From assembly GCF_004010195.1 (NCBI RefSeq), contig NC_057720.1, positions 26,672,890 to 26,736,889 on the forward strand: 64,000 nucleotides of DNA, given 5' to 3'. The stretch is from Chiloscyllium plagiosum. Lineage: Eukaryota. The notes under the pieces are model-generated. The model did not search any database and was not told where the DNA came from. It was given only the letters and a program-made list of their open reading frames with translations. Positions 1 through 12,230 of the stretch are shown here, one piece after another (position 1 is the first letter of the stretch; the number at the start of each line of letters is the position of its first letter). Position numbers and translations under genes: made by a program.

Positions 1-229
1 GATGTTTTCAAATTAGGTTCTTTGAACTTCGTAGCAGGTCAGTTTTCCAAGTGGTACTCAGCAGGTAAGCCTTTTCACATGCATTTACACTTCATGCTTG
101 CTCAATCAATGTAAAGTTTATATGAATAATTTTCCTCTTTTCAATTAATTTCTTTGCAAGTGGCAAATTAAAGCCTTCGGAAACCCAACTGTACGTAAGT
201 GGTGTGCCACAATCAAACTCCTTAGAGAG

Positions 230-935
230 TAATAAGGAACAAAGGAACTTTGGTGTACAAGTTCATAGATCTCTGAAAGGGTCAGCATCTGTGGACAGGT
301 GTCAGATAGGGTGGTGAAGAAGGCATAAGAGATGTCTGCCTTCATTAGTCAGAGTGTAGAATATAGGAGCAAGGAAGTCTCGTTAAAACCTTATAAACAT
401 CGGTTAGGCCACAAATGAAATACTGTGTACAGTTCTGATTGCCACACTATTGGAAGGACGTGATTGCACTGGAGAGGGTGCAGAGGAATTTCAGTAGGAT
501 GTTGCCTGGGATGGAAAGCCTCAGTAATGAGGACAGACTGGATGGGCTAGGTTTGTTCTCTCTGAGGAGACTGAGGAGGGGGAAATCTGATTGAGGTGTA
601 CAAAAAGATGCGAGGCATCGACATGATAGATTGGGAGAATCTCCTCCCCATGACAGGCAACAGAGCATAAGTTTAAGTTGCGGAGTAGGTGGTTTAGAGG
701 AGATCTGAGAAAAAAAAGCAGCGTGTTCTAGAAATACAGAATGTGCTGCCTGAGAGAGTGGGTGAAGGCATGTACTCATGCAACACTTAAGAAGCATGTA
801 GATGAGTAATGAAAATGCGAGGGCATGGTAGACTATAGACCAAGTTCGGGTAAATGGAGTAATGTAGTTCAGTGTTTATTGGTCAGCATTGATGTGGTGG
901 GCCGAAGGGCCTATTTCTATGCTGTACGACTCTAC
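230..935 (+). mobile_element. CR1 LINE 3' fragment (decayed RT C-terminus and tail)
   Basis: Typical CR1 ORF2 end (…GVQVHRSLK…LVRPQMKYCVQF…PHYWKDVIALERVQR…) with stops, followed by the tail gggccgaagggcctatttctatgctgtacgactcta. Confidence 0.85.
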
Positions 936-999
936 CTCCACTGAATACAGGACTGTTAAATTTCTAATCACTCTAACAGTGAAAGGAACTAAATTAAGA

Positions 1000-1630
1000 T
1001 CAGAAGCAGGCCGTTCCCTTACCAATTAAAAATCTGTCAATGTCAGTCTTGAATATTTTTAATGACCTAGCCACTTCAGCCTTCTGTGGCAAAGAATTCC
1101 ACAGATTCACAAACTTCGAAGACAGGAAATGCTTCTTCATCCCGGTTTTAAAAGGATGGCCCCTTTTTCTGAGATTATGCCCGAGACTTTCCCACAGGAG
1201 GAAACAATCTTTCTGCATCTACCCTGACAAGTCCTCTCAGGGTCATGCATGTTTCAGCAGGTCACTTCTCAGTCTTCTAAGCACCAATGATACAATCCCA
1301 ACTTACTCAACGTCTCCTCATAAGACAGTCACTCCAACTGGGATCAGCTTAGTGAGCATTCTTTCAACAGCCTCCAATAGCAGTGCACCTGTGGACTGCC
1401 TCCTGCCTTGCGTACTTTTAGCAAAACCTCTCTCCTATTTTATCCCATTCCCTTTGAAATAGTGCGTAATATTCCATTTGAATTCCCTGTTATCTGCTAA
1501 AAATGTACACGAGCTTTTTGAGATTTATTCATTTCAAATTACTCTGTGCATTGGCCTTTTGCAGTCTACCTCCTTTTAAATAATTGTCAGCTCCTCTATA
1601 CTTCCTGCTAAAGTGCATAACCTCACATTT
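1000..1630 (-). mobile_element. Old CR1 LINE 3' fragment
   Basis: ORF 1000..1218 contains VNLWNSLPQKAEVARSLKIFKTDIDRFL, the CR1 ORF2 C-terminal motif. Confidence 0.75.
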
Positions 1631-1631
1631 A

Positions 1632-2661
1632 CAGAGTCATAGAGATGTACAGCATCGAAACAGACCCTTCAGTCCAACCCATCCATGCTAACCAGATATC
1701 CCAACCCAATCTAGTCCCACCTGCCAGCACTCAGCCCATATCCCTCCAAACCCTTCCTATTCGTGTACCCATCCAGATGTCTTTGAAATGTTGCAATAGT
1801 ACTAGCCTCCACCACTTCCTCTGGCAGCTCATTCCATACAAGTACCACCCTCTGCGTGAAAACGTTGCCACTTAGGTCTCTTTTATATCTTTCCCCTCTC
1901 ACCCTAAACCTATGCTCTCTAGTTCTGGACTCCCCCACCCCAGGGAAAAGACTTTGCCTATTTATCCTATCCATGCCCCTCATGAACTTATAAACCTCTT
2001 TAAGGTCACCTCTCAGCCTCCGACGCTCCAGGGAAAACAGCCCCAGCCTATTCAAACTTTCCCTATAGCTCAAATCCTCCAACCCTGGCAATATCCTCGG
2101 AACTCTTTTCTGAACCTTTTCAAGTTTCACAACATCTTTCTGATAGGAAGGAGACCAGAATTGCACGCAATATTCCAAAAGTGGCCTAACCAACATACTG
2201 TATCACCACAACATGACCTCCCGACTCCTATATTCAATACTCTGACCAATAAAGGAAAGCATACCAAATGCCTTCTTCACTGTCCTATCTACCTGCGACT
2301 CCACTTTCAACCTGCACTCCAAGATCTCTTTGTTCAGCAACACTCCCGAGGATGTTACCATTAAGTGTATAAGTCCTGGTCTGATTTGCTTTTCCAAAAT
2401 GCAGCACCTTGCATTTATCTAAATTAAACTCCATCTGCCACTCCTCAGCCCATTGGCCCATCTGATCAAGATCCCGTTGTACTCTGAGCTAACCTCCTTC
2501 GCTGTCCACAACACCTCCAACTTTGGTGTCATCTGCAAACTTACTAACTATATCTCCTTTGTTCATATACAAGTCATTTATGTAAGTGATGAAAAGTAGT
2601 GGACCCAGCACTGATCCGTATGGCATACCACTGGTCACAGGCCTCCAATTTGAAAAGCAAC
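1632..2661 (-). mobile_element. CR1/HER1-type LINE, 5'-truncated
   Basis: ORF 1711..2196 LVRPLLEYCVQFWSP…WNELPEEVVEA; KFADDTK motif near 2520-2540; (GACTCTAT)-type tail at 1632-1645. Confidence 0.95.
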
Positions 2662-2893
2662 TTTTTCACACAGAGGGTGATGCGTGTATGGAATGAGCTG
2701 CCAGAGAAAGAAGTGGAGGCTGGTACAATTGCAATATTTAATAGGCATCTGGATGGGTATATGAACAGGAAGGGTTTAGAGGGATATGTGCCAAGTGCTG
2801 GCAAATGGGACTAGATTAGGTTAGGACATCTGGTCGGCATGGACGAGTTGGACCGAAGGATCTGTTTCTAAGCTGTACATCTCTATGACTCTG
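2657..2893 (+). mobile_element. CR1/HER1-type 3' end, head-to-head with the preceding copy
   Basis: NFFTQRVMRVWNELPEKEVEAG…GKWD, followed by the tail ctctatgactct. Confidence 0.9.
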
Positions 2894-4055
2894 TTAGCCA
2901 GGGAACTGTCCATCAAAGTTCAAAGTTGCTAAACAATTCCTGAGGAGTCAAAGCATCAGGAAGTCTGAGGGAAACTGCCACATATCTTGGAGTGCTCGTT
3001 CAGTCTTCGATGATCTGGAAATGAAGATTTGGACCATTACACTGCATAGGAAGAGAAACATGTAGCCGACCAAAAACATCATTCTGCATATCGAGGAGAG
3101 AATGTCAAAGTTTCTAGAGTCAGACACGAAAGGGTTAGAATTACTATAAATAAAGCTAGCTTTGTATTGGCTGCCCATGCCTAATGTACAATTTAGTGCA
3201 GGCTTGGAGCGTGAAGGTCGCTCATGTCACATCGTGTTTTTTAGGTGAATTAATTTCACTAAATGACAGATTTTTTTTATTATATTTTGCCTCTTATCTC
3301 ACCAGTGGTTTCATCTTTGCTGACATGAAGGCTTTGCAATTGTAGGGTGGCCTTGGGTTAGACAGCGGATGCTAAAGAAAGCAGACCAATGATGACTCCC
3401 TGCACCCCCCCTCAGCCAACCATTTCATCTGCTCAAACACTTCCCCTGCCTGACAGTGAACGTGCACAGATATCACTTTCAGAGCACAGACTAAAGTGAA
3501 GGTGGGTTGGGAACCATGAACCGTGTAAAGGAATTAGCATGCTGCATTATCAGTATCTATTTCAAACACTTCAGTGCATTATTTCACTCCTCGGCTCTCT
3601 CTTTACATTCTGTTAATTATTCATTTTAAATGCCTTGATTTGAAAAAATTCCCTCGTGCCTTTGTTCAACACATGAAGCTGGCACTGTGGCATGTAACTC
3701 ATCAGGTCTGACCCAGACAAGGCTCTGCCACGGCCTTGAGGACCTCAGAGGCTCTTTGACTTTGTTCCTTCATAAAAGAACGATCCGTCTCTCTGTTCCA
3801 GTGTTCAAAATTTGCTTTTCTCCATTTTTATTCGCTCATGAGAAATACGTTTCACTGCATGACCAGGCCAACATTTCTTGCCAAAGTCTAATGACCCTCA
3901 AGGAAATGGTCATGAGTTGTTTTCTTGATCTGCCCCAGGCCATGGTTGCAAGGGGCAGTGGCTTACACCACAAAGCATTTTGTGTGTGTTTGCCTATTTC
4001 GGGCTCTTTCTTGCATTGTCTCATTGATTTTATCTCTCACCACGACAGTGACACT

Positions 4056-4560
4056 TTGCATTTGTATAGCACCTTTAACAAAGCAACACATCTCAGGGTC
4101 CTCCACAGTAAAGTTTTCAGACAAAGTTTGATAACGAGCCACGAAAAAAGCAAATGGGCTGGATGACCAAAAGCTTGGCAAAGAGGTAGGTTTTTAAGGA
4201 ACATCTTAAAGATAGAGAGTGAGGTGTGGAATCAGAGTGGTTTAGGGAAAGAATTCTCAGGCTTAATTCCAACGGTGGAATAGAGTAAATCAGGGAATGG
4301 GCACGAGGCTAGCATTGGAGGAATGCAGAATTCTCAAAGGCTTGTAGTAATGGAGTAAATTACAGAAAGAGTGGAGGGTGAGATCATGAAGAGGATTTGA
4401 TCTGACACGATTTAGAATATTAAATCTGAAATGTGGGAGCCGATGTTGGAAGCACAGGTGTGATGGGCGAACATGAATTTGCATGTGGTCAGATAGGGGC
4501 AGCAGAAATCAAGTGAGAGGAGGGCTGGGGTGGTAGCAGATGAGAGGCCAGCCAAGAGAA
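4056..4560 (-). mobile_element. L2-type LINE 3' end (decayed)
   Basis: ttgcatttgtatagcacctttaac is the reverse complement of the L2-clade tail (…aaaggcgctatataaatgcaa); also contains gaccaaaagcttggcaaagaggtaggttttta (FKxLLKTYLF on the minus strand). Confidence 0.6.
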
Positions 4561-6029
4561 TATGCATTCACATCTTTGGGCAGTGACTTATGTGGGACTG
4601 AGCAACGTGGCTTATGGCAAGACATGTGGCAGCACTATGCAAGAGTCCAGTGATGTCAGGAGCAACTCACTCCATCTTTTATTCATTTCCCAAGTATTGA
4701 GGTGAGTGTCTCACTGGATAGTAGCATGGGTGCCCATTAATGGAGATTTAAGTTTGTTAAATGCCTTAATGACATCACAACCTTCCTCATGGTAATTTTC
4801 GGCTTCCTAGCTTACCAAACATGCTGAACAAACTAGACATTCAGAATTCTTGACAATGGAATCAGAGCAAGTATCTGGTTACTCCAGCTCATCACTGGCT
4901 GAAAACAGCCTCCATGTTGCTGACTGCCATCTCAGGGCATGATCCACGGGCACCAGTTGCACACACACCCTATCCATGGACTAACTCCCCATCAACTAAC
5001 TCCCCATAAACATGATGGTGCCCCGCCCTCTCCCCAATTCACTTGCAGGCTGCTTAAGAAGCACAGACTGGCATTACAGGACCAGGAGCCAGCATTGAAA
5101 AGCTACTACAAGAACACTTGGCAGACCCCAGCTCATGGACTGGACCAGGCTGCATTTCAGGTCTGTTTGCTCTTTTGGCCCTTACTCTCTTAATGCCGAC
5201 CTACTTGCAGCATCCATATGTGACCTTGCCTAGCGATACAATGCCATTGCAATTAGCACAATGATACCTCAGCCAAAGGCCAAAACTATTAGTACTGCCA
5301 TATTGATGTGCTCTTTTGCACAGACTCATGCATCGCCAGTCAGGGAGCTGTATGGAGGTCAGGGATCTGATCAGTCATGTCTAGGGCATGCTCAATGAAG
5401 ACATTCAGAGGTTAAGAACAAATGCAGTCCTCAAGATTGATCCATGGATCATTCAGGAATATGCAAGAAGGGCCCGTAGGTGCAGCAAGTGGGGAATCAC
5501 TGCTATAAGGTTGGGGCTTGGGGAAATCAAAGCCAGTAGGGAAAAGCAGAGGCTTTTGTCGAGGTTGAGGCCAGGCCAGTAATGAATGGGGGGAGTTTGC
5601 TATGAATGAATATTAGGCAAAAAAGCATTGGAGGGTATGATAAGCTATGCGACGGGGCTTATTGGCAGTGACCACAACCATCTCCTCCACAGGAAGAATG
5701 TAGAGCACCACGATGGGCCACATTAACATCTAATGTCAGGGTCAGACGGTCAGTTGGAGGCAAAGGTTTATGTGGTAGGTTTGACCTGAGAGTTGGAAGG
5801 GGATTCTTGAGGGTGGGGCGGGGCAGTGGGTGTTGATGAGCAATATGGCAATCAGATGGAGCCCAGTGCTATTGGTGCCCACTGCAAGCTGTGTTCCTTG
5901 ACAGCACTTGTCATTCTCTGGATAAAAAAGTACAATTGGAAAATAGCTGCCTTCCAAATAGACAAAGGAGGACCAAGACTAGCTGGAAGACCAGGGGCAG
6001 CAGGAAGCCACTGCAGACAATGTGAAACA

Positions 6030-6720
6030 TCCATCTCAGGGAGAGGGCACAACTGCAGAGTTCCTTGGGATGTTTGAAATCCACAGAATGTTTCAACTCT
6101 CACTCCATTCCTTTTGGGTCAGGGAGGCATATTGTTGGTGTGGGCTCCAGATGCCCATGACAGAATTGTGCTGGAGCGGGACCTGATGGCTGCGGAACCA
6201 ACCTCCACTGGTGGCTGTGAAGGTGACAGTCATTTTGAACTTTTAATCCTACTGGCTCCTTCCATGGGGGCTACAGGTGAACTGTGTGAGATCTTTCAAT
6301 TGTGCATCCACAAGTGCAGCAGGACAGTAGCTCATGCCATCTGTGCAAGATCACACCGGTTCATTTTGCTGTCCCATAACAAGGCCAGTGCAGCATGGAA
6401 AGGAGGATTTAGGAACACAGCCGACATCTCCTGGGTGCCATTGCCTGTTCACACATGAAACGCAGAGGGGTAAATCACAACACTGCAGAATTCATCCACA
6501 GGGAAAGGTTTCACTCAAACAGAATTCCAGTCACCTGTGATCGCCGTTACTACTTCCCAGATGTATGTGCCCACTACCCTGGCAGCTGCCACTATGACTA
6601 CATCCTGGAGCCCTCTGTTTTACCAGCTGTGCTTGAGGATCTAGGCGAATTACTGGGGACAAGGGCTACCCAGAGTGACCATGGTTCATATCACCATTTA
6701 ACAACCCCTGCCACCATTCT
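6030..6720 (+). mobile_element. PIF/Harbinger (HARBI1-like DDE) transposase pseudogene
   Basis: Frameshifted segments read TGELCEIFQLCIHKCSRTVAHAI…FI; EFIHRERFHSNRIPVTCD…VCAHYPGSCHYDYIL (cf. NRKGFHSINVQ.VCD…A.YPGS.HDS.IL); and ggggacaagggctaccca = GDKGYP. Confidence 0.8.
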
Positions 6721-6734
6721 AATATTGATGAACA

Positions 6735-6912
6735 TGCCTTCAGCTGTGTTTCTACTCCTCAATTAATTTACCTTAAAACCTACCCCTTTGACCAAGCTTT
6801 GGTCACCCATTCCAACAGTGCTTTTTGCAACTCAGTGTCAGAATATATATGACAACATTCCTGTAAAGCAGCATGGGATGGTTTACTCCATTAAAGTGTT
6901 ATATAATTGCAC
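6735..6912 (+). mobile_element. L2-type 3' tail truncating the Harbinger remnant
   Basis: ttaaaacctacccctttgaccaagctttggtca…cctgtaaagcagcatgggatg…aaagtgttatataattgca; inverse-oriented homologue of 4056-4200. Confidence 0.6.
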
Positions 6913-7996
6913 AACATTTTCTTTGTTGTTGCGTGGCCAGTCAGAGGATAAGAAAAGTACAGATTGCGGCAGGATTGGAGCCAGAATATCTTACCTAATG
7001 CACGCCTCTGTCCTGCTGTATTTAATTTTTGCTCTGTCGACGCTTCACTCATTCCTCTCTCTCTTCCCCAGTAGCTGTTCCACAATGTGCTGAGATGGTT
7101 GTCTGAATTCAGTTTCTTTGCAGTTCATGCCAAATGTAGACCAAAGTAAACATACTGAGGCGACAGGACCTAAAATTGGCAAAAAGAATATGATTTCAAC
7201 CCACTCATGGCCAGAAAAAAAAATAGATGTCAAAAACAATTAGCTTGGCAGGTTAGATGAGAACAAATCAGCAAATTTGCAAATCAAGTTGAATAAGTAA
7301 CCTGTACCTCTTTAATTGACCATTCACTTCGTTTTTTTTGCAGGCAGATAGGGCTAAAATCGACCCAATATCACTGCTTTTATAATGTCAAATTGACCTT
7401 ACATTCTGATGAGACAGCAAAAGGCTTAAATTTCAGTCAATGGGAAATTGAGTTGAACCTGGCAGAGATTTCCAAGGTTGCATTGCAGATGGTTAACCGC
7501 ATTCACTGAGACATCATGGCCTGAAGTAGTTGTGCTGCTGTTTTCATTGCAAAGACTGTAGAAATCACATTACGTGATTGATTCTTGACTGTCACAATTT
7601 AGCACTTGTTGTGCTGAGGCACGCACTAAAACACAGGGCAGCTGCTGTACAGGCCTTCCTGTCGTAATGCGCTGAGGGAAAGGAACCAATGTAAAATCCC
7701 TTGGGATAAATGCACCAGAAAAGTTTTGACATGAATATTGTATTATTGAATTAATATTGTAAATATAACCTGCAAATGAGTGTGGTGAGCCACCTCAGGG
7801 TGTCAGGTACTGCATTGAAAGAAATTGATCTGTTTTGCATCATACATAATGTCAAATTTGAACTGTTAGTTAAAATACTTTTTACAAGCTTTTAGACAAA
7901 AAAGCAAATTAGGATTCCTGTATGCTGCAGAATGCTCACAGAGCAGATCATAAAAAGGTGAGGTAACCATTGTCCCCATTAGAGAGAGACAACTTA

Positions 7997-8190
7997 TGGA
8001 TGTAGGTTTGCTCACTGAGCTTGAAGGTTCATTTCCAGATGTTTTGTCACCCTCCTAGATAACATCTTCAGTGGGCCTCAGGCAAAGCACTGCTGAAAAT
8101 TCCTGCTTTCTATTTATATGTTTGGGTTGGTGATGTCATTTCCTGTGGTGATGTTATTTCCTGTGGTGAAGTCACTTCCTGTGGTAGTTT
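7997..8190 (-). mobile_element. Penelope-like element end with degenerate hammerhead core and 3 x 18 bp repeat
   Basis: Minus strand reads CTGAAGA tgttatc…gtgac AAAA catc (decayed CUGANGA…GAAAC). Unit gtgatgtcatttcctgtg occurs three times at ~8130-8187. Confidence 0.55.
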
Positions 8191-9599
8191 ACCAAGGGTC
8201 ACCACACCAAGCAAGGAACAAGAATGAAAAGGTGGAACTTTCATGGCCACATCCAGGCAATATGGGAATTGAAATAGCACTGTTTGCATTACTCCACATT
8301 GACAGATCTCCCGTCCAGCCAATTGAGCTAGCTGATCCCAAGGTCAGATCATACTTCCTTTTCAGCTCCCTTTTTATCATGGGAGTCAGTTTTAATTTAC
8401 ATGCCTGACAAAATCAGGTATATATCAGGCAGGGTGGGGTTCAGCAGAGGCTTTTAAAAGTTGTTTTGCTGCACAGCTCTGACAAAGTGCAATTTTATAC
8501 CACATACAGAAACATGATCTGCATCAAGCTGGTTGTGCCTCATTTTGCTGTTTTAACCTGAGAATGGGAAATGCGGACAAAACCTGCCAAACAGAAGAGG
8601 TCCAGTTTTAAAGCTTTTGAAGCTTTCTTTGTGATCTTCTCAACCAGGTACAACAGGATTATCCTGCCCTAGCTAGCATTCCACCTCTTCTCCCACTGAC
8701 TAGGTTTCCTCCTGACTGTGGTCTCCTGCCTCCTGGCTTTAACAGCTATTAAAGCTGGCTGTGCCTGCCTGCTGTGTGAGCTTGCCATTCGTTTACTGAA
8801 CTGTGCTTCTGCCAAGAAGTTAAAATCAAGCCAAAACTGACAGAACATCATAGAGAAATATTTTGTGCTCAGATACAAAGGTGGAAGGGGCAGGCATGGC
8901 ATTTGGACTAATATCAGCCTCTGAGATTGTCCAGTACTTTGTGTTAATTGAGCAAGTGCTTTAATTTTTTGAGGGAGCTGAAATTTGCTTCATTTCTATG
9001 CTTCAATCAAAGCTTCAATCCAGCCGAAGCAAAAAGAGAGACTGAGCCAGTTATGCAGCGAAAAGCGAGACCCCTTTCTCCACTTAAATAAAAGTTTGGG
9101 GGCAAATACAAATTAGTTTTCTTGCTGGCATCTATTTCAGACAGTGCACAAGCAGCCTATGTGGGCTTGCTAAGAGAGCACAGTACCTGCTGACCAATGA
9201 CTCCATTCCCACCAGTTGCATTTCCAGTTTCAGGCAATCAGGCAGTATTTTTCCCAATTAATCAGTGATTGGCTTTCAAAGGAAAACATTCCAAAGTCAT
9301 GCTGCCAATTGGAAGCCTGGACTGCCTGCCTCACTGGAAATTATGGGCACACTGCTCACAATTTGCTGCCATTTGATCTCAGAATCAATGCCTCCTTCAA
9401 AGCTGTGTCCAGGCTCGGATTGTGGGATTGGAGCATTTACTGCAACGTTTAAATGTAATTCATGCACAACATTCATTGTACGAGGGCTTTAAACTAATTC
9501 CGCATTTTCTTCCACATAGATGCCACTCTCAGGACTGCTACTGATCGCCACAAAGAAAGAGAGCAAAATGAAAGCAAAATACAGACACATTGTGCTTTA

Positions 9600-10825
9600 G
9601 ACATAAGAACATTTGGACATAAGAACTAGGAGCAGGAGTAGGCCATCTGGCCCTTTGAACCTGCTCCAGCATTCAATAAGATCATGGCTGATCTTTTCAT
9701 GGGTGAAGAAGTTCCTTCTCAATTCAGTCCTAAATCTGCTCCCCTAATTGTGAGGCTATGTGCTTTTGTCCTAGTTTCACCCGCTAGTGGAAGCATCCTC
9801 GCTATGTCTATTTTATTGATTCCCTTCATAGTTTTATATGTTTCTATAAGATCCTCTCTCATTCTTCTGAATTCCAATGAATATAATCCCAGTCTACTCA
9901 ATCTCTCCTCGTGAGCTAACCCTCTCAACTCCGGAATCAACCTAGTGAACCCCCTCTGCACCCCCTCCAGTGCCAGTACACCCTTTCTCAAGTAAGGAGT
10001 TCAAATCTGCACACAGTACTCCAGGTGTGGCCTCACCAGCACCTTCTATATCTGAAACATGACCTCCCTGCTTTTAAACTCAATCCCTTTAGCAATGAAG
10101 GACAAAATTCCTAATTACCTGTAGCACTTGCAGACCAACCTTCTGTAATTCATGCACAAAGACACCCAGGCCCTTCTGCACAGCAGTATTCTGCAACTTT
10201 TCACCATTCAAGTAACAATCCTTTTAATGGTATTTCGACCGAAATGGATGACCTCACATTTATTAACATTGTACTCCATCTGCCAGACTTTTGCCCATTC
10301 ACTTAAACTATCTATGCCCCTCTGCAAAGTTTCACAGTCCTTTGCATACTTCGCTCTACCACTCATATTAATGTTACCCGCAAACTTTGACACATTGCAC
10401 GTGGTCCCCAACTCCAAAACACCTGTATACATTGTAAATAATTGTAGTCCCAACACTGATCCCTGAGGCACACCACGCGTCATTGACTAGTAATGTATAA
10501 CATTCATTTATTCCCACTCTTTGCTTCCTGTTGGTTAACCAATCCTTTATCCATGCTAATACACTATCCATAATTCCTTGCATCTTTATTTTATGCAGCA
10601 GCCTTTTGTGTGGCACTTTGTCAAATGCCTTTTGGGAATATAGTTATACGACATCTACTGGGTCCCCATTGCTCACTGTGTTCATATTGTCTTCATAGAT
10701 TCTCATAAGGTTAGTTAAGCATGGCATGAACCCATATTGTGTCTGCCCAACGGGACAATTTCTACCTTGATGCCTTGCTATTTCTTCCTTGATAATAAAC
10801 TCAAGCATCTTCCCCACTACAGACA
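9600..10825 (-). mobile_element. CR1 LINE (TTCTTATG-tail family), RT fragment
   Basis: ORFs GVPQGSVLGLQLF…SKFAG and VLALEGVQRGFTRLIP; tail cataagaac repeats at 9602. Confidence 0.9.
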
Positions 10826-10899
10826 TGCAGTACTCAAACTTTAATACTGTAACTAGGTCTTGGTTGCACAACTAACTACATTTTAATCTGTGAACCACC

Positions 10900-11525
10900 T
10901 CTATTCTGTCCACAAGCATCAACTCGAGTTTCTGGTGACTGTCTCCTCTACACTGGGGAGACAGGATGTCAGCTGGTGAAACTTTTCAGGGAACATCTCT
11001 GGAACACCATGCACCACACAGCACCACTGCCCTGTGACCGACCACTTCAACACCCCCTCCTACTCCACCAAGAACATGCAAGTCCTGGGCCTCCTCCACC
11101 ACGAAATCCAAGCCATACAACCTCTGGAGGAAGAACACCTCATCTTCTGCCTTGGGACCCTCCAACCACACAGCATCAACATCGATTTCACCAGTTTCCT
11201 CATTTCCTCTCCCTCCACCTCATCCCAGATCAAAGCTTCCAATTCGGCACCACCCTCTTGAACTGTCTTTCCAGTCCATCTTCCCTTCTACCTATTCACT
11301 TTACCCTCCCCTCCGACCTACCACCATCACCTCCCACCTCTATCTACCTATCACCTTCCCAGCTACCTTCCCCCAGCCCCCTTCCCCACCCCCACATTCC
11401 TGATGAAAGGCTTATTCCCAAAACGTCAATTCTCCTGCCCCCAGATGCTGCCTGACCTGTTGCGCTTTTCCAGCATAACACTTTCCGACTGTAATTTCCA
11501 GCAACAGCGGTCCTCACTTTCTCCT
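10900..11525 (+). mobile_element. Penelope-like element 3' part: GIY-YIG C-terminus, C-rich tract, HHR-bearing end (family A)
   Basis: FREHLWNT…DHFNTPSYSTKNMQVLGLLH…LEEEHLIFCLGTLQPHSINIDF; CTGATGA…AAAACGTC at 11400-11427; terminus gtcctcactttctcct. Confidence 0.85.
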
Positions 11526-12019
11526 GTCTTCTGAATCACCCAACTTGCTCTGAGGCCGATATATCTGTCCTCAGCCTATCACATTGTGTCAGTGAAGCTC
11601 AACATAAACTTAAGGAACATCAGCTCGCCTTTCACTTTTCCGCCTTTTATGTTAAACGCTTTATGTTCAATAATTTTAGATTGTAACATCTGTCCTTCAT
11701 TTCATTTCCTTCCTCTATTTATTATTTTCAGCCAGCAGCACACTTGTTCCAGGTATTTTTCGTTTCTCTTCTTGTCCCATCTCTACTCCCTTTGGCCCTG
11801 GAGGACTAATGCTTCCATATAAAGGCTGGAAAATGAAAATTTAATGAATGCCAAAGTAAAAACTGCACCTGGGAAGTTTCTACACTATCAACAGTTATAG
11901 ATCAATGAGCAAGTTTCAACAATTATACTGAACTCTATATAAATATTGTTGTATAAGGTAATGGTTCAGAATGGATTAAGATTCATGGTCACATTATTTG
12001 AATATATTCTACTGAAGTC

Positions 12020-12230
12020 GAGAGTGTGCTGTTGGAAAAGCAGAGCAGGTCATGCAGCATCCGAGAAGCAGGAGAATCGACGTTTTGGGCATAAGCCCTT
12101 CATCAAGAAACTTCATCAGCCCGAAACGTTGATTCTCCTGCTCTTCAGATGCTGCCTGACCTGCTATGCTTTTCCAGCACCACACTCTCGACTCTGATCT
12201 CCAGCGTCTGCAGTCCTCACTTTCTACTAC
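12020..12230. mobile_element. Palindromic mini-PLE (family A) with 16 bp TSD
   Basis: Inverted arms; exact TSD atattctactgaagtc at 12004-12019 and 12231-12246. Confidence 0.9.

Noticed and set aside
1..70. Possible exon end (open frame DVFKLG…YSA followed by CAG|GTAAGC)
   Set aside because: Too short, no recognisable protein, and no supportable partner exon
12020..12230. DNA-transposon MITE interpretation of the palindromes
   Set aside because: TSDs are long and variable, termini are asymmetric, and the sequence matches the end of a GIY-YIG retroelement
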